64,000 nucleotides of DNA from an uncultured delta proteobacterium (GCA_963808625.1 CAWEHK010000036.1:32001-96000); one strand, 5' to 3'. Shown: positions 29,283-41,742, numbered from the stretch's first letter. A program made the numbers and translations. Notes: generated from the sequence alone by a model not told the origin.

Positions 29283-30545
29283 TTATCCATCAAGAAGGGC
29301 GTCTGCCAACTTACCTGGGTCTTCTTCCACGGGGCCGAAAAGCATCAGGCCCACCTGCGACGCCTGGTAGACTTCCTCGAACCATTTCCGGACAGCACCT
29401 GAAGTGACCGCATCGATCCGCTGTTCGACTTCTTCGAAAGGGACGTAGCGGCCGAAGAGGAATTCGTTCTTGGCAAGCCGGTTCATTCTTGAATCGGTGC
29501 TTTCCGCATTCAGGTACATGCTGCCCTTGAGGTACTCCTTGGCGGCAGTGAGCTCGGCTTCGGGGATCGGCTCTTTCAACAGCAGGGAAAGCTGATCGTG
29601 GATGATGGCGAGCGTCTCCTGCACGTGCTCTGCCGCGATGCCCGCGTAGATGCCAAACATTCCGGTATCCTCGTGGCTGTTGACAAACGAGTAAACGGAA
29701 TAGGCCAGGCCTCGCTTCTCCCGAATTTCCTGGAACAACCGACTGCTCATGCTGCTGCCGAGAACGACGTTGAGCAGGTGGCAGAGAAAGCGGTTTTCAT
29801 CGGACTGGGAGGGGCCGTGCATTCCCATGCACAAATGGACCTGCTCAAGGTCCTTGGGGACCAATTGAATGCGGTGGTGATCGGCTGGCGCTTGACGCTT
29901 GAGCGGTTTTTCCGGGTGGTTCAGCGTTGCCATGGTTGGCGCCACCAGGTCCAGAAACCGCTGGTGTTCAAGGTTGCCGGCCGCAGCGATGACAATCCGC
30001 TCGGGCTGAAACATCCTGGAAACGTAACGGAGGATGCGCTCGCGATCGACGCCTTCCACGGCCTCCACCGTCCCATAAATGGGAAGCCCTAAGGGGTTGT
30101 CCGGCCAGAACATTTCCTGGAACAGGATATGAATGTACTCGTCCGGGGTGTCCTCAATCATCCGGATTTCCTGCACGATAACCTGCTGTTCCCGGGTAAT
30201 TTCGTCGGGAGCAAAGACCGAGTTGAGAAAAAGGTCGGTCAGAACATCCACCACCAGAGGGAGGTGGGGGTGCAGGACCTTGGCGTGGAAGCAGGCTTGT
30301 TCCTTCGAGGTGAAGGCATTGACAAAGCCCCCCACGGCGTCGAGCTCTCGGGCTATGTCTCGGGCGCTCCGCTTCGACGTACCCTTGAAGAGCATATGCT
30401 CGATGAAATGGGTAATGCCCCGTTCGTCACTCAATTCATCGCGCGACCCCACGTTCACCCAGATGCCCGTGGAGACGGAGTGAAAGTAGGGAATCCTTTC
30501 GGTTATAACGCGAATGCCATTGGGGAGGACCGTTTTCTGGTACAA
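29283..30545 (-). CDS. M16 (pitrilysin) family zinc peptidase
   Basis: HFIEHMLFKGT (HxxEH), NAFTSKE and SRLFQEIREKRGLAYSV. Confidence 0.93.
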   Translation of the reverse strand: MYQKTVLPNGIRVITERIPYFHSVSTGIWVNVGSRDELSDERGITHFIEHMLFKGTSKRSARDIARELDAVGGFVNAFTSKEQACFHAKVLHPHLPLVVDVLTDLFLNSVFAPDEITREQQVIVQEIRMIEDTPDEYIHILFQEMFWPDNPLGLPIYGTVEAVEGVDRERILRYVSRMFQPERIVIAAAGNLEHQRFLDLVAPTMATLNHPEKPLKRQAPADHHRIQLVPKDLEQVHLCMGMHGPSQSDENRFLCHLLNVVLGSSMSSRLFQEIREKRGLAYSVYSFVNSHEDTGMFGIYAGIAAEHVQETLAIIHDQLSLLLKEPIPEAELTAAKEYLKGSMYLNAESTDSRMNRLAKNEFLFGRYVPFEEVEQRIDAVTSGAVRKWFEEVYQASQVGLMLFGPVEEDPGKLADALLDG

Positions 30546-30792
30546 CCTCTTTCCTCTCTCTCTGGTTGGATAAGAATCTTCCGCAGAATCGGGGAGGCCG
30601 CAGCGCGGCCCTTGGGCACAACTCAAAAAAAGCTCAGCCACGAAGGACACGAAGAGCACGAAGGAGTTTTCATAAACGTTGTCAAAGTCCTTCGTGCCTT
30701 CCGTGTTTCGGCTTCTTTGGCCTCACCATGGACAAGAATAGAGAGGTCCCCTTACTCCTTCCTCCCTACTCCTTACTCCTACTCCCTACTTC

Positions 30793-32893
30793 CTACTCCC
30801 TACTGTCTTCCGGCTTTTCCATGGCGGCCTTGCGACTCAGCCGGATGCGCCCGTCCTTGTCGATTTCGATGACTTTGACGAGCACCTCATCGCCTTCATT
30901 GACGATGTCGGTGACTTTGCGCACCCGCTTGTGATCCAGTTGCGAAATATGAATCAGGCCGTCGATATTCGGCAGGATTTCCGCGAAGGCCCCGAAATCC
31001 GTGACGCGCACCACGCGGGCCATGTAAAGCTGGCCCACTTCGGGCTCTTGCGTCAGGCTTTTGATCTTGTTGATGGCCTTGTCACAAGCCTCCTGATCCG
31101 GGCTCATGACCACCACGCGACCCGTATCGTCGATATCGATCTTGGCGCCGGTTTCGGCTACGATGGCGCGAATCACCTTGCCCCCGGGTCCGATCACATC
31201 GCGGATTTTGTCCGGGTTGATCTGCAGGCTGATCACGCGCGGCGCGTAGGGTGAGAGCTCGGGTCGGGGTGACGCAAGAGCTTCCTGCATTTTCTCGAGA
31301 ATAAAGATACGGCCCTTTCGAGCCTGTTCGAGGGCCCGGCGCATGATTTCGCGGTCGATTCCGGAAATCTTGATATCCATTTGCAGGGCGGTAATCCCCT
31401 TGCCGCTGCCGGTAACCTTGAAATCCATATCGCCAAAGTGGTCTTCATCACCCAGGATGTCGGTAAGAACGACCACCTCGCTGCCTTCCTTGATCAAACC
31501 CATGGCCACGCCGGCCACGGTGTCGGTCAGGGGAACGCCCGCATCCATGAGCGCCAGGGTGGCCCCGCAGACGGTGGCCATGGAGCTGGAGCCATTGGAT
31601 TCCAGGACTTCCGAGACCACGCGAATCGTATAGGGGAACTCGCCGTCTTTGGGCAGGACGGTCTTCACCGAGCGTTCAGCCAGGGCCCCATGGCCGATGT
31701 CCCGACGCCCCGGCCCGCGCAGCGGTCGCACCTCGCCGACGGAGTAGGGAGGAAAATTGTAATGGAGCATGAAGGACTTGAAGGTTTCGCCTGCCAGCGC
31801 TTCGATCTTCTGTTCATCGGACGAAGACCCGAGGGTGACCACCGCGAGCACCTGCGTCTCGCCGCGACGGAACATCGCCGAACCGTGGGTCCTGGGGAGA
31901 ATGCCCACTTCAATGGTGATGGGGCGGATCTCATCGAAACGACGGCCATCGATGCGTCGACCTTCCTCGACCATCATGCGCCGCACGATCTCTTTTTCGA
32001 GATCTTCGAGAACGCCGTCGATCTCTTTCACCCGCTCCGGAAACTCGGCGGAAAGCTCTTCATGCACGCGCTGCTTCAAAGCTTTCTTCAGGTCGCGGCG
32101 AAGCAATTTCTCAGGAGTCGTGACCACCTGCCGCATGCCATCGGCAGCGGTCTTCTTCACCGCTTCGATCAGCAGCGTGTCGTTCAGGATCTCGGGAGGG
32201 GCCTCTTTGACTGCTCCGACCATCTTCCTGAGTTCATCCTGGGCGTCGAGAATGGGCAAAATGGCGCGATGAGCGGTATCGATGGCTTCGACGAGATCTT
32301 CTTCGGAGACGAACTTGGCGCCGCCTTCCACCATCACCACGGCCTCTCGGCTCCCCGCGACGACGACGTTCATGTCGCTCTCTTCCAACTGTTTCAGGCT
32401 GGGATTGATGATGAATTCGCCATCGAGGCGCCCGACGCGAACTGCTGCGATCGGTCCTTGAAAGGGGATGCGGGAGATATGCAGAGCGGCTGAAGCACCG
32501 GTCATGGCGACGACATCAGGCTCATTTTCCTGATCGACGGAGAGCACCGTGGCGATGACCTGGGTTTCCAGCGCGTATCCCTTTGGAAAGAGAGGGCGGA
32601 TGGGTCGGTCGATCAGGCGCGAAGTCAGGGTCTCCTTCTCGCTGGGGCGGCCGATTTCCCGCCGGAAAAAGCTGCCGGGGATGCGCCCTGCGGCATAGCT
32701 CATTTCTTGATAATCGACCATGAGGGGCAGAAAATCAATGCCTTCACGGGACCGGTCTTCTTTGGTTGCCGTGACCAGCACCACGGTATCACCATATCGC
32801 ATCATCACGGCACCGCTTGCCTGCTGTCGCAACATGGCCGCACTCGATGGTCAGCGGACGTCCACCCACCTCAATTTGTACTGTATGTTTCAT
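30793..32893 (-). CDS. pnp: Polyribonucleotide nucleotidyltransferase (frameshift ~32835)
   Basis: [38 protein letters not shown], and KH and S1 domains. Confidence 0.96.
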
Positions 32894-32969
32894 GGATGTT
32901 TCCATACACCTCCGGTTTGCGTTGCGGACCCCGGAATCGTGGTGGTCCGGTCGCAAAAGAAAAGAAAAA

Positions 32970-33240
32970 TTAGCGGCGCAGTCCGAGCCGTTCCACAACC
33001 GTATTGTACCGATCAACGCTCTTCCTTTTCAGGTAGTTCAGCAGTTGTCGGCGCTGCCCGACCAGCTTCAGAAGCCCGCGACGGGAGTGGTGGTCCTTGT
33101 GGTGCGTCTTGAAGTGTTCGGTCAAATAACTGATTCTCTCGCTCAGCAGCGCGATCTGCACCTCGGGAGATCCCGTGTCCGAGGGATGAGTACTTGAAGT
33201 TTTCGATAATGGCTTTCTTCTTCTCAGGGGTCATTACCAC
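32970..33240 (-). CDS. rpsO: 30S ribosomal protein S15 (frameshift ~33185)
   Basis: [35 protein letters not shown]. Confidence 0.95.
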
Positions 33241-33320
33241 GGTTTGTCCTCCTTCTTCCTATGATGATAGTGTGTTATCGATAATGTCAGGTTGCAGGCT
33301 GGAAAGCCGCTGTGCCTGAA

Positions 33321-34343
33321 TCATTTCTCTCTTCTGACGATGGCGTGTTCCGGGGAGCTGTCTGCTCCAAGGACCCGCAAACGACGCTGTTTCTGACCGT
33401 TTTCATGGGGCCACCATAAAGCGATCAGTTCGTTGTTGCCCGCTGCAACCAGGCGCACCGGGGCCGTCTGCTTCGGAAAGCGCCCCTCGAAGGTCATTTC
33501 CAAGGCAGGGTCCAAGTGTCCGTCCTGCAAACGTTTCAAAGTTTCTTCATCGGTGATGGAGACCGCAGGCAAATGCGCCAGGGCCTCATTCATCCCCATC
33601 AAATTCTCGTGCCAGCGGTTGCTCCGCGAGGCGTTCTCGAAGCTCGTCGAGCGATATCGCCCGCTCGAGAGCAAACCGGCCGCTGGCCAGGCGCCTCAGT
33701 TCGCTCACATAGGCGCCGCACTGCAGTTCGCTTCCCGATATCGGCCGCCAACTGACGGATGTAGGTGCCCTTGGAACAGTGGACCTCGATCTCCGCTTCC
33801 GGCCAGGTGAACGATACCAACCTGATGCTGTGCAGGCATACTGCCCGGCGCGGCAGGTCGATGGCGATTCCTTTCCTGCTCAAGGCATAAAGGCGCTGCC
33901 CCTGTACCTTCACCGCTGCGTATCGGGGCACCTGCTGCTCATGAGCACCCTGAAAACGGTCCAGGGATGTTCCGCAGCTCCGCCTCGGCAACGGGTGGAC
34001 CATGATAGACCGGGACGATTTGGCCGGTGCGATCGAGCGTGTCTGATTCGAACCCGAAACGAATCCCGCATCGATACACCTTGTCCTGTTCCAGGAGTTG
34101 ATCGGCGATGCGCGTGGCACGGTTCAGGCAGAGCAGGAACACCCCCGTGGCAATCGGGTCGAGCGTGCCGCAATGTCCGACTTTGTTGAGCCCCAGCAAT
34201 TTCTTGACCTCAGTGACGACACTGAACGACGTGCGTTCCTCGGGCTTATCCAGAACCAGTACGCCGCTCGCGCGAAAAACCGCGGGTGCGGCAGGAAGGG
34301 GAGGGGCCCCATGGGGAGATTGCGTCGTGGCGTGAAGCATCAC
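33321..34343 (-). CDS. truB: tRNA pseudouridine(55) synthase (several frameshifts)
   Basis: LDKP, KVGHCGTLDPIATG, YAAVKVQG.RLY and CSKGTYIRQLA. Confidence 0.92.
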
Positions 34344-35338
34344 CTCTTCCCCATCGTCTGCTCAAGGTAGGCCAGTGCTTCCGTGGTAAAGCGGGAGCGG
34401 ACCGCCGGCAACCGTCCCGGGACCTCAAAGGCTGCCGCATGCCGATGTCCCCCTCCGCCTTGCCTTTGCGCAAAACCCGCCACATCCACATCGCCCTTGG
34501 AGCGCATGCTGACGTGCACCTGGCCTTCCGTTCCTTCCCGAAACAGCATCGCCATCTCGACCGATTTTACCGAACGCAGAAAATTGATGAAGCCTTCGGC
34601 ATCGGCAGGGGACGCAGCGGTTTCGGCAAACATGTTCTGGCTCATTTCAGCGGTGGCCAGGCGGTCGCTGCCATGGAACGACAGCGTGGCAAGAACCATC
34701 GTCAGCAGTCGGAGGCTCTCCACCGAAGCGGAATCGTATACCTGTTCGGCGATGAAGGCCGGATCGGCGCCGGCCGCCACCAGCTTTGCCGCAATCTCGA
34801 GGACCCGTTGATTCGTATTGGAAAACCGGAAGGAGCCGGAATCGGCAAGCAGCCCGGTGTAGAGTGTTGTCGCCAGGTCGGCGTCAATGGTGACCGGAAG
34901 CCTGAGGCCCAGATCATAGAGCATCTCGCAGGCGCTGCTTGCCGAAGTCCGGTTCCAGTACAGGTTCCCAAAAGAAGCGTGGGCAACGTGATGATCGATG
35001 CTGATGAGAAACGGGACCTGCTCGATGGCGCCCGCGAGGGCCGGTCCCACGCGCAAAAAGTCTCCGCAATCGACAAGGATGGCCACGTCATAACGGGATG
35101 GTTGGAGAATTCTGTCGCGAATGGACGATGCTCCAGGCAGAAATCGATATGCCGTCGGTACCGGGTCCTGGCAATAGGGATCGGCCTTCTTTCCCAGGCG
35201 GTGGAGCAGGTGCGTCATGGAGAGGACGGAACCGATGGCATCGCCGTCCGGCCGCACATGGGTGGCAACGAGAAAACTTTGACTGAGCTGGATCGACGCT
35301 ACAATCTCCGGGATGATATCGTCTTTCGGCTTATTCAT
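34340..35338 (-). CDS. DHH/DHHA1 phosphoesterase (NrnA-like)
   Basis: HVRPDGDAIGS, IDHH, DSGSF and GGGGH..AA. Confidence 0.92.
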   Translation of the reverse strand: MNKPKDDIIPEIVASIQLSQSFLVATHVRPDGDAIGSVLSMTHLLHRLGKKADPYCQDPVPTAYRFLPGASSIRDRILQPSRYDVAILVDCGDFLRVGPALAGAIEQVPFLISIDHHVAHASFGNLYWNRTSASSACEMLYDLGLRLPVTIDADLATTLYTGLLADSGSFRFSNTNQRVLEIAAKLVAAGADPAFIAEQVYDSASVESLRLLTMVLATLSFHGSDRLATAEMSQNMFAETAASPADAEGFINFLRSVKSVEMAMLFREGTEGQVHVSMRSKGDVDVAGFAQRQGGGGHRHAAAFEVPGRLPAVRSRFTTEALAYLEQTMGKR

Positions 35339-35690
35339 CCTTGTGCAGCTCTTTCAGCAGGCGTTCGATCCGGTCGCCATAGTCAAACGAAGTATCGTAA
35401 ATAAATTCGAGCTGAGGAACATATCTCATATGAAGGCGTTTACCCAATTCCTGGCGCATGAATCCTTTTGCCTTTTCGAGGCCGCCGGCAACGGCTTCCT
35501 TTCCTTCATCCTTCGAGGAACCCATAACGCAATAGAACATTCGGGCGTGCTGCAAATCTCCTGAGACTTTAACACCCGTGATGGTCACGCCGTCAACCCG
35601 GGGGTCCTTCACCCGACGCAGCAGCAGGTCGGCAATTTCCCGCTGCAACAGATCCGCGATGCGATCACACCTCTTATATTCGGCGATCAT
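35331..35690 (-). CDS. rbfA: Ribosome-binding factor A
   Basis: VKDPRV..VTIT.V.VS.DL..A and RYVPQL.F.YD; operon position. Confidence 0.95.
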   Translation of the reverse strand: MIAEYKRCDRIADLLQREIADLLLRRVKDPRVDGVTITGVKVSGDLQHARMFYCVMGSSKDEGKEAVAGGLEKAKGFMRQELGKRLHMRYVPQLEFIYDTSFDYGDRIERLLKELHKDE

Positions 35691-35772
35691 TATCCCGTCC
35701 CTCGAAAGCAGTGGTCAGTGATCAGTGGCCAGTGATCGGAAGCGGTGCCGCAACAAGAGCTGCTGCCGTTTT

Positions 35773-36099
35773 TCATACCTGGCAAACGTCGCCGACATGG
35801 TCGGGGCCGCCGCCGAGGGGAATCAACTCGATTTCATGACCAATGAGATCAGCCAGATTGAGGGAATCCATGAAATCGACAATGCGGTCAAGCACCGAAT
35901 TGAGGAGACGTCCATCGTTCCCAATAACGGCGACCCCCAGAGTCGCTCGCTGGTGCACATCCTGGTCCTCAACTTCTGCCACCGCCGCGTTGAAACGATG
36001 GCGGCTCTTTTCGACCAGGCTCTTGACCACTTTGCGCTTGTCCTTAAGCGATTGGTTGCCGTGAAGTCTAAATTGTATTCGCGCAATCCCGACCGTCAT
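35773..36099 (-). CDS. DUF503 (YlxP) family protein
   Basis: SLKDKRKVVKS..RFN.AVAEV..QD; lies between infB and rbfA. Confidence 0.9.
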   Translation of the reverse strand: MTVGIARIQFRLHGNQSLKDKRKVVKSLVEKSRHRFNAAVAEVEDQDVHQRATLGVAVIGNDGRLLNSVLDRIVDFMDSLNLADLIGHEIELIPLGGGPDHVGDVCQV

Positions 36100-36100
36100 G

Positions 36101-36238
36101 CTTGGCTCTTAGCTCTTAGCTCTTGGCTCTTGGCTCTTGCTCTTAGCCTATCAGCACTCGATTCTTGCTACCCTCGACCTCTACCTCGCCATCCCATCAC
36201 TCATCACTCGTCACCCATCACTCAACATCACCATCAAC
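36101..36238. repeat. Heptamer arrays (TT(G/A)GCTC and CCATCAC types) between infB and ylxP
   Basis: Read directly. The TTGGCTC/GAGCCAA unit also occurs at ~17082-17135 and 5858-5886. Confidence 0.85.
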
Positions 36239-39149
36239 CTACTTACGCTCGCTATCGCTCTCAAGCACCGGCTTGACCTCTTTGAGTTCGTAGGCCTCGA
36301 GAATGTCGCCAACCTTGATATCGTTGAAATTCTCTATCCCGATACCACATTCGAAGCCCGCCTTGACTTCCTTCACATCGTCTTTGAAGCGGCGCAGAGA
36401 AATGATCTTCCCATCGTTGACAACGACTTGATCCCGCAAGACCCGGGCCCGCGCCCCCCGCTCGATACGGCCGTCGAGGACCTGGCAGCCGGCAATCATC
36501 CCGACCTTGGGGACATGAAAAGTCTGGCGCACCTCTGCCCGCCCAAGGACGCTCTCCTGGTAGACCGGTTCAAGCATCCCCACCATGGCGTCCTTGATGT
36601 CGTTCAGGAGCTGATAGATGATGTCATAGTAGCGCACATCCACGTGTTCTTGCTCGGCCAGTTCCTGCACCTTTGCGTCCGCGCGCACATTGAAGCCGAT
36701 AATGATGGCCTTGGATGCGGAAGCCAGCATGACGTCGGTCTCGGTAATCGCCCCTGTAGCATTGTGGATGAGATTGATCTTCACTTCCTGCGTGGACAGT
36801 TTCTGGAGGGAGTCGCTGATCGCTTCCTGAGACCCGTGCACATCGGTCTTGAGGATGATGGGGAGCTCTTTGATTTCCCCTTCTTTGATCTGGTCGTAGA
36901 GGTTTTCCAGGCTGACTTTGGTGGTGCGTGAGAGCTCTTTTTCACGGAGCTTTACGTGCCGGTGTTCGGCGACCATCTTGGCCTGTTTGTCGTCGGTTAT
37001 GACAACGAAGTCGTCGCCGGCGTTCGGCACACCCGAAAGCCCCAGGACCTCGACGGGCGTCGACGGTCCCGCCTCATCCAGTTTCTGTCCCACGTCGTTG
37101 AAAAGGTTTCGCACTCGGCCGGAGTGCACGCCGCAGACATAGATATCTCCCGTCTTGAGGGTCCCTTCCTGAACGAGAATGGTTGCCACCGGCCCGCGAC
37201 CTTTATCCAGTTTGGCTTCAATCACGCGGCCGCGAGCGGGCTTGTTGGAACTGGCCTTGAGTTCCATGATTTCCGCCTGGAGCAGGATGAGCTCCAAAAG
37301 TTCGTCAATCCCCACCCGCTCTTTCGCCGAGATGCCGACCATGGCCACGTCTCCGCCCCATTCCCCCGGGATCAGGCCCTGTTCCGCCAATTCCCGCTTG
37401 ACGCGGTCGATATTGGCATTGGGTTTGTCGATCTTGTTAATGGCCACAATAATGGGCACGTTGGCAGCTTTGGCATGGTTGATCGCCTCGATGGTCTGCT
37501 GCATCACGCCATCGTCGGCCGCGACTACCAGCACCACGATATCGGTGACCTTGGCGCCGCGGGCGCGCATCGAGGTAAAGGCTTCGTGACCCGGCGTATC
37601 GAGGAAGACCACGTCGCCGATGCTTGAGTCTAACGTAGTGAGCTCCGATATGCTGCGTAATGCCGCCCGCTTCTCCTTCGATCACTTTTGTGTGCCGGAT
37701 GGCATCAAGCAAGCGAAGTCTTGCCATGATCGACGTGGCCCATAACCGTCACCACCGGTGGTCGCGGAATGAGATCTTCAGGACGGTCTTCTTGAATCTG
37801 TAGAATTTCTTCCTCCTCAAAGCCAACTTTTTCCACTTCGAAATCAAATTCCGAAGCGAGCAGTGCGGCGGTATCAAAATCCATGGCCTGATTGATATTT
37901 GAGGGCAGTCCCAGAAGCAGCAGTTTTTTCAGCACTTCAGCCGCTTTGACTCCCATTTGGTGGGCCAGGTTGGCCACCGTGATCGCCTCATCAATCCTTA
38001 TGCGACGCTTGCCGATCTTGGGTACAGCCAGTTCCGGTCTCAACGACTCCCGCAGCAGGGGAAGTCTTTCTCGGTCTTTGAGGCGGCCGCGATCCGCCTG
38101 AGCGGCCAGTTCCTTCTTGGAATAAAGGTCTTCGCGTTCGAGGACTTCCTTGCTCCCCACCCATCGCCGTTTCTTGTCGGCTGCCTCACGTTCGAATTCT
38201 TCCGCCTTTCGGCTTTCTCTTGCGTGCGAGTTCTTTGATATCGGGTTCTTCGGCTTTTACCTGCAACCGCGCCGCAATGGGAGGAGGCTCCGGTTCCTCT
38301 TCTGCTTCTTCCTCGGTGATCAATATCAGGGAGACTGATGATGCGGGCGGGCTCTTCTTTGCGGACCTTTTTTCGCCGCCGCTTCTTCGCCTTCTTTGGT
38401 TTTTCCTTATCCGCTTCCTCCTCTTCTTCAACCCCTGCTGCGGGAACTGGCGGGGCTGCCTCCGGGGCGCCTTCAGGTCTCGAAGCGGAACGGACGGGAG
38501 CCTCCTGGGGGATGGGTGCGGGGTGAAATTCTGCTTCGGTTTTCAGTTCCTGTGCTGTGATCTTTTCTTCCTCCTGACGCTCTAGGGTGACCGGTGCGCT
38601 CGGGGCCTCCTCTTCTGCCGGAAGGCCGGGACTCTCAGGAGTAACTGATACCGGCTCAGGAGGCGGCGAAACGGCAGGAGGGGCTTCAATGCACGACCGC
38701 TTCGGGGGCAGGAGCGGCCTTGAGATCTTTTTCGGTTTGAGTTCCTCGACCCTCTCGGGCGGCAGTTCAGGCAGCGGCGAGGGGGGAACAGGCCCTGCTC
38801 CAGGTTCCGGTAAAGCAGGTTCCGTGACCGCTTCCGGCAGGGGTGGAACGGGTTCCACGGCGGCCGCCAGGGGGGCCTCCAGGCCTTCTTCGAGAGGAGC
38901 AGCCAGGGGCCCCACTTCTTCCTCTGCAACCCGCTTGCGCCGGCGAATGACGGCTCTGCCGATGCGCTTTTCCTCAATCGTCTCCGTCTTTGCCTCAGCG
39001 AACTGCTGCCGAACCTTCTGCACGGTCAGTTCCGTCAAGGTGCTCATGTGGTTCTTCACCTGAACCCCCAACTTAAGCAGGCGCTCAATCAGGTCTTTGT
39101 TGTTCATGTTCAACTCTTTTGCAAGTTCGTGCACCCTCATGCGCGACAT
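36239..39149 (-). CDS. infB: Translation initiation factor IF-2 (several frameshifts)
   Basis: [48 protein letters not shown] and ECGI. Confidence 0.96.
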
Positions 39150-39249
39150 GAAAACCTCTCCCTTATCCTTCTCCACCCTGTCGCCTCCGACTTACTCCTG
39201 CTGCTCCCCCTGGCAGCCCCCAGACACCACAGGTGGGAAGGGACCAGGT

Positions 39250-39498
39250 TCATCGATCAATACTTCCTGCCAGCCCCTTCGCTTCATTGCGAAACGCCTT
39301 TTGAACCCGCTTGGTATAGCGCAGCCGCGGCAAACAGTCTTGACACACATAGCCGCCACGTCCTTCCAGGCGTTGCCCGCGATCGGGGACGATGGTCCTT
39401 TCGACCGGGCTGAGGGCGATTCGCAGCAGCTCGGACTTGGCACTTTTTTTGCCGCAAACCAGGCACGTGCGTATGGGGACATGGGCTTTACGCACCAA
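39250..39498 (-). CDS. YlxR (DUF448) family protein
   Basis: [23 protein letters not shown]; lies between nusA and infB. Confidence 0.88.
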   Translation of the reverse strand: MVRKAHVPIRTCLVCGKKSAKSELLRIALSPVERTIVPDRGQRLEGRGGYVCQDCLPRLRYTKRVQKAFRNEAKGLAGSIDR

Positions 39499-40856
39499 TT
39501 TCGTCTCCTGAGAGCTGTTTTTCCGGGGTCTCATCCTCAGGGTTCAACTGGTCGGGGAACTCACCCTGGTCCAGCGGGGCTTCCGCTGCGCTCTCTGCCT
39601 CACGGGCCGCCGCAGCCTCATCCCGCGCGAGCAATTGGCCGGCTTCTTCAACCATGGCTGCCAGGGTTGACTCCGAGACATGGATCACGTCTTCCAGTTC
39701 CGTCAGGCTTGCTTCAACGAACTCCTCGAGGGAAGTGACGCCGGCGTCGTAGAGCCGGTCAGCCATTTCTTCCGTCAGCCCCTGGAGGCGCAACAGGGAC
39801 TGATAGCCGGCCTGCTTTTGGCGGTTGTAGCGACTTTCGCTCTTCACGTCAATCCGCCAGTTCGTAAGTTTGGAGGCCAGGCGGACGTTCTGTCCCCGCT
39901 TTCCGATAGCCAGGGAGAGCTGATCGTCGGGCACGATGACTTCCATGTTGCGATTGGCCTGGTCGATGATAACTTTGGAAATAATGGCAGGGGCCAGAGC
40001 CATTCACCACAAACTTGGCCGGGTCCATGTTCCAGGGAACGATATCGATTTTTTCACCCCGCAGTTCCTGGACCACATTCTGCACGCGGGACCCTTTCAT
40101 GCCGACGCAGGCGCCCACCGGATCGACGTCCGGGTTCCTCGAAACGACCGCAATCTTTGCCCGCGAACCGGGTTCTCGTGCGGCATTGATAACGCTGACA
40201 ACGCCATCCCCGATTTCCGGCACCTCGAAGTGAAACAACTGGATCAGGAAGTGAGGGTGGGTTCGACTCAAAATGACTTGCGGTCCCTTGCTGATCTTCT
40301 TTACTTCCAGCACGAAAGCGCGAATCCGGTCTCCCTGCCGGAAGATTTCCCTGGGGATCTGTTCCTTGGCAGGGAGAATCGCTTCGGTCTGCCCCAGATT
40401 GACGACGACCCCGGATTTGTCCGCCCGCTGCACGATGCCGTGAACAATGTCTCCCTTTCGGCCTTTGAACTCTTCGTAGATAACTTCCCGCTCGGCGTCT
40501 TTCATTTTCTGGATGATGACCTGCTTGGCCGATTGTGCGGCAATACGGCCCAGGGTTTCCGTGTCCATGCGGACGCCGAGCTCGTCGCCAAGCTCACTTT
40601 CAGGGTCCATCTGGCGTGCATCCGTCAAAGAAATCTGCTTCTCCGGGTCCGTCACCAGCTCAACAACTTCCTTAAATAAGAAGGCCTCGATTTCGCCAAA
40701 TTCTTCATTAAAGGTCACGTCAAGTTCGTGCTTGCCGCCGTATTTCTTCTTGACTGCCGATTTGATGGCTTCTTCCAGGGTGTGAATCAACGTTTGCCGG
40801 TCGATACCTTTTTCCCGACTGACCTGATCGATCAAACGCTTGAGTTCACCATTCAT
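39488..40856 (-). CDS. nusA: Transcription termination factor NusA (frameshift ~40003)
   Basis: [29 protein letters not shown] and [13 protein letters not shown]. Confidence 0.96.
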
Positions 40857-40924
40857 GATTGTCGATCTCCTCGTCTGCTTACAGACAGACCTGGCGCATA
40901 AAAATAACCTGCTGGTGAAATATC

Positions 40925-41414
40925 CTAAAGCGTTCAGAGATTCAAAGTAACGCAGCCGAGCCCGTTCCAGAAGGTTGAACGGAATGTCGAAAAGGTGGCC
41001 CTCACAGTCAACCGTGATTCCTTCGGGTCCGGCATCGATCAGCTTTCCCTTGAATTTGCGCCGGTTATTAATGGACGTATGGGCTCTCACGTCGACGATG
41101 CTTCCTAAATATCTTTGAAAATGCTCCCACTTACGCAGCGGCCGATTCAACCCGGGAGAAGAAACCTCGAGGTGGTATTGATTGGCAATGAGATCGGCGA
41201 CGTCAAGGAGATCGCCCACAACCTGGCTTACCCGAGCACAATCATCCACCGTGATCCCATCCTCCTGGTCAATAAAGAGACGCAATACCCATCCATGAGG
41301 TTCGCAGCGATATTCGACCTCCAGCAGTTCCATTCTTTCCGCGCGAATGACCGGTTCGGCCAGTTGCCAGATCGCGGCGATAAGCTGCTTGGTCTTATTC
41401 CCGTCGTTCGCCAT
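40925..41414 (-). CDS. rimP: Ribosome maturation factor RimP (stop probably lost through an indel)
   Basis: LRLFID..GITVDDC..VS and YHLEVSSPGLNRPL. Confidence 0.93.
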
Positions 41415-41455
41415 GAGCGCCGTGCTCCGAACATCTAAGCAAAGCCCGTAGAAAC

Positions 41456-41482
41456 AAAAAAAGCGGGTAACGTACCCACTTC
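41456..41482 (-). promoter_or_regulatory. Terminator-like hairpin in the rimP-nusA leader
   Basis: The minus strand reads AAGTGGGTACGTTACCCGCTTTTTTT about 40 nt upstream of rimP, similar to known rimP leader hairpins. Confidence 0.6.
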
Positions 41483-41666
41483 TGTTAGTAGACGCGACAA
41501 TTATCTAGGCCCGATCTGAAACCGGGCTCTCTTGTAATAAGAGTCTATCTAATAGTCCTGCCATCCACTAATCGAAGTAAGCGCACGCTGATCCTCGACG
41601 ATCCGCCTGACCAGCAGCCACCTCAAAAAGGGAAGCCTTCTTTCCAGAAGGAGCATCTTCCTGAAC

Positions 41667-41742
41667 TGGAGCGGGCAACGGGATTCGAACCCGCGACCCC
41701 AAGCTTGGGAAGCTTGTGCTCTACCAACTGAGCTACACCCGC
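41667..41742 (-). tRNA. tRNA-Gly(CCC)
   Basis: GCGGGTGTAGCTCAGTTGGTAGAGCA CAAGC TTCCCAA GCTTG GGGTCGCGGGTTCGAATCCCGTTGCCCGCTCCA; 76 nt with encoded CCA. Confidence 0.97.

Noticed and set aside
30793..41414. Apparent mass pseudogenisation or programmed frameshifting of pnp, rpsO, truB, infB and nusA (also prmA, icd)
   Set aside because: Single-base indels in essential genes with otherwise intact motifs are best explained by long-read assembly error.
39849..41414. RimP-NusA fusion protein (521-aa ORF)
   Set aside because: nusA has its own RBS (GAGGAG) and ATG at 40856, and a TAG lies one base out of frame at 40925-40927. An indel artefact is likely.
41667..41742. tRNA-Gly as the integration site for the 42-64 kb accessory region
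   Set aside because: The tRNA 3' end faces the core rimP operon. No duplicated 3' fragment or integrase was seen.
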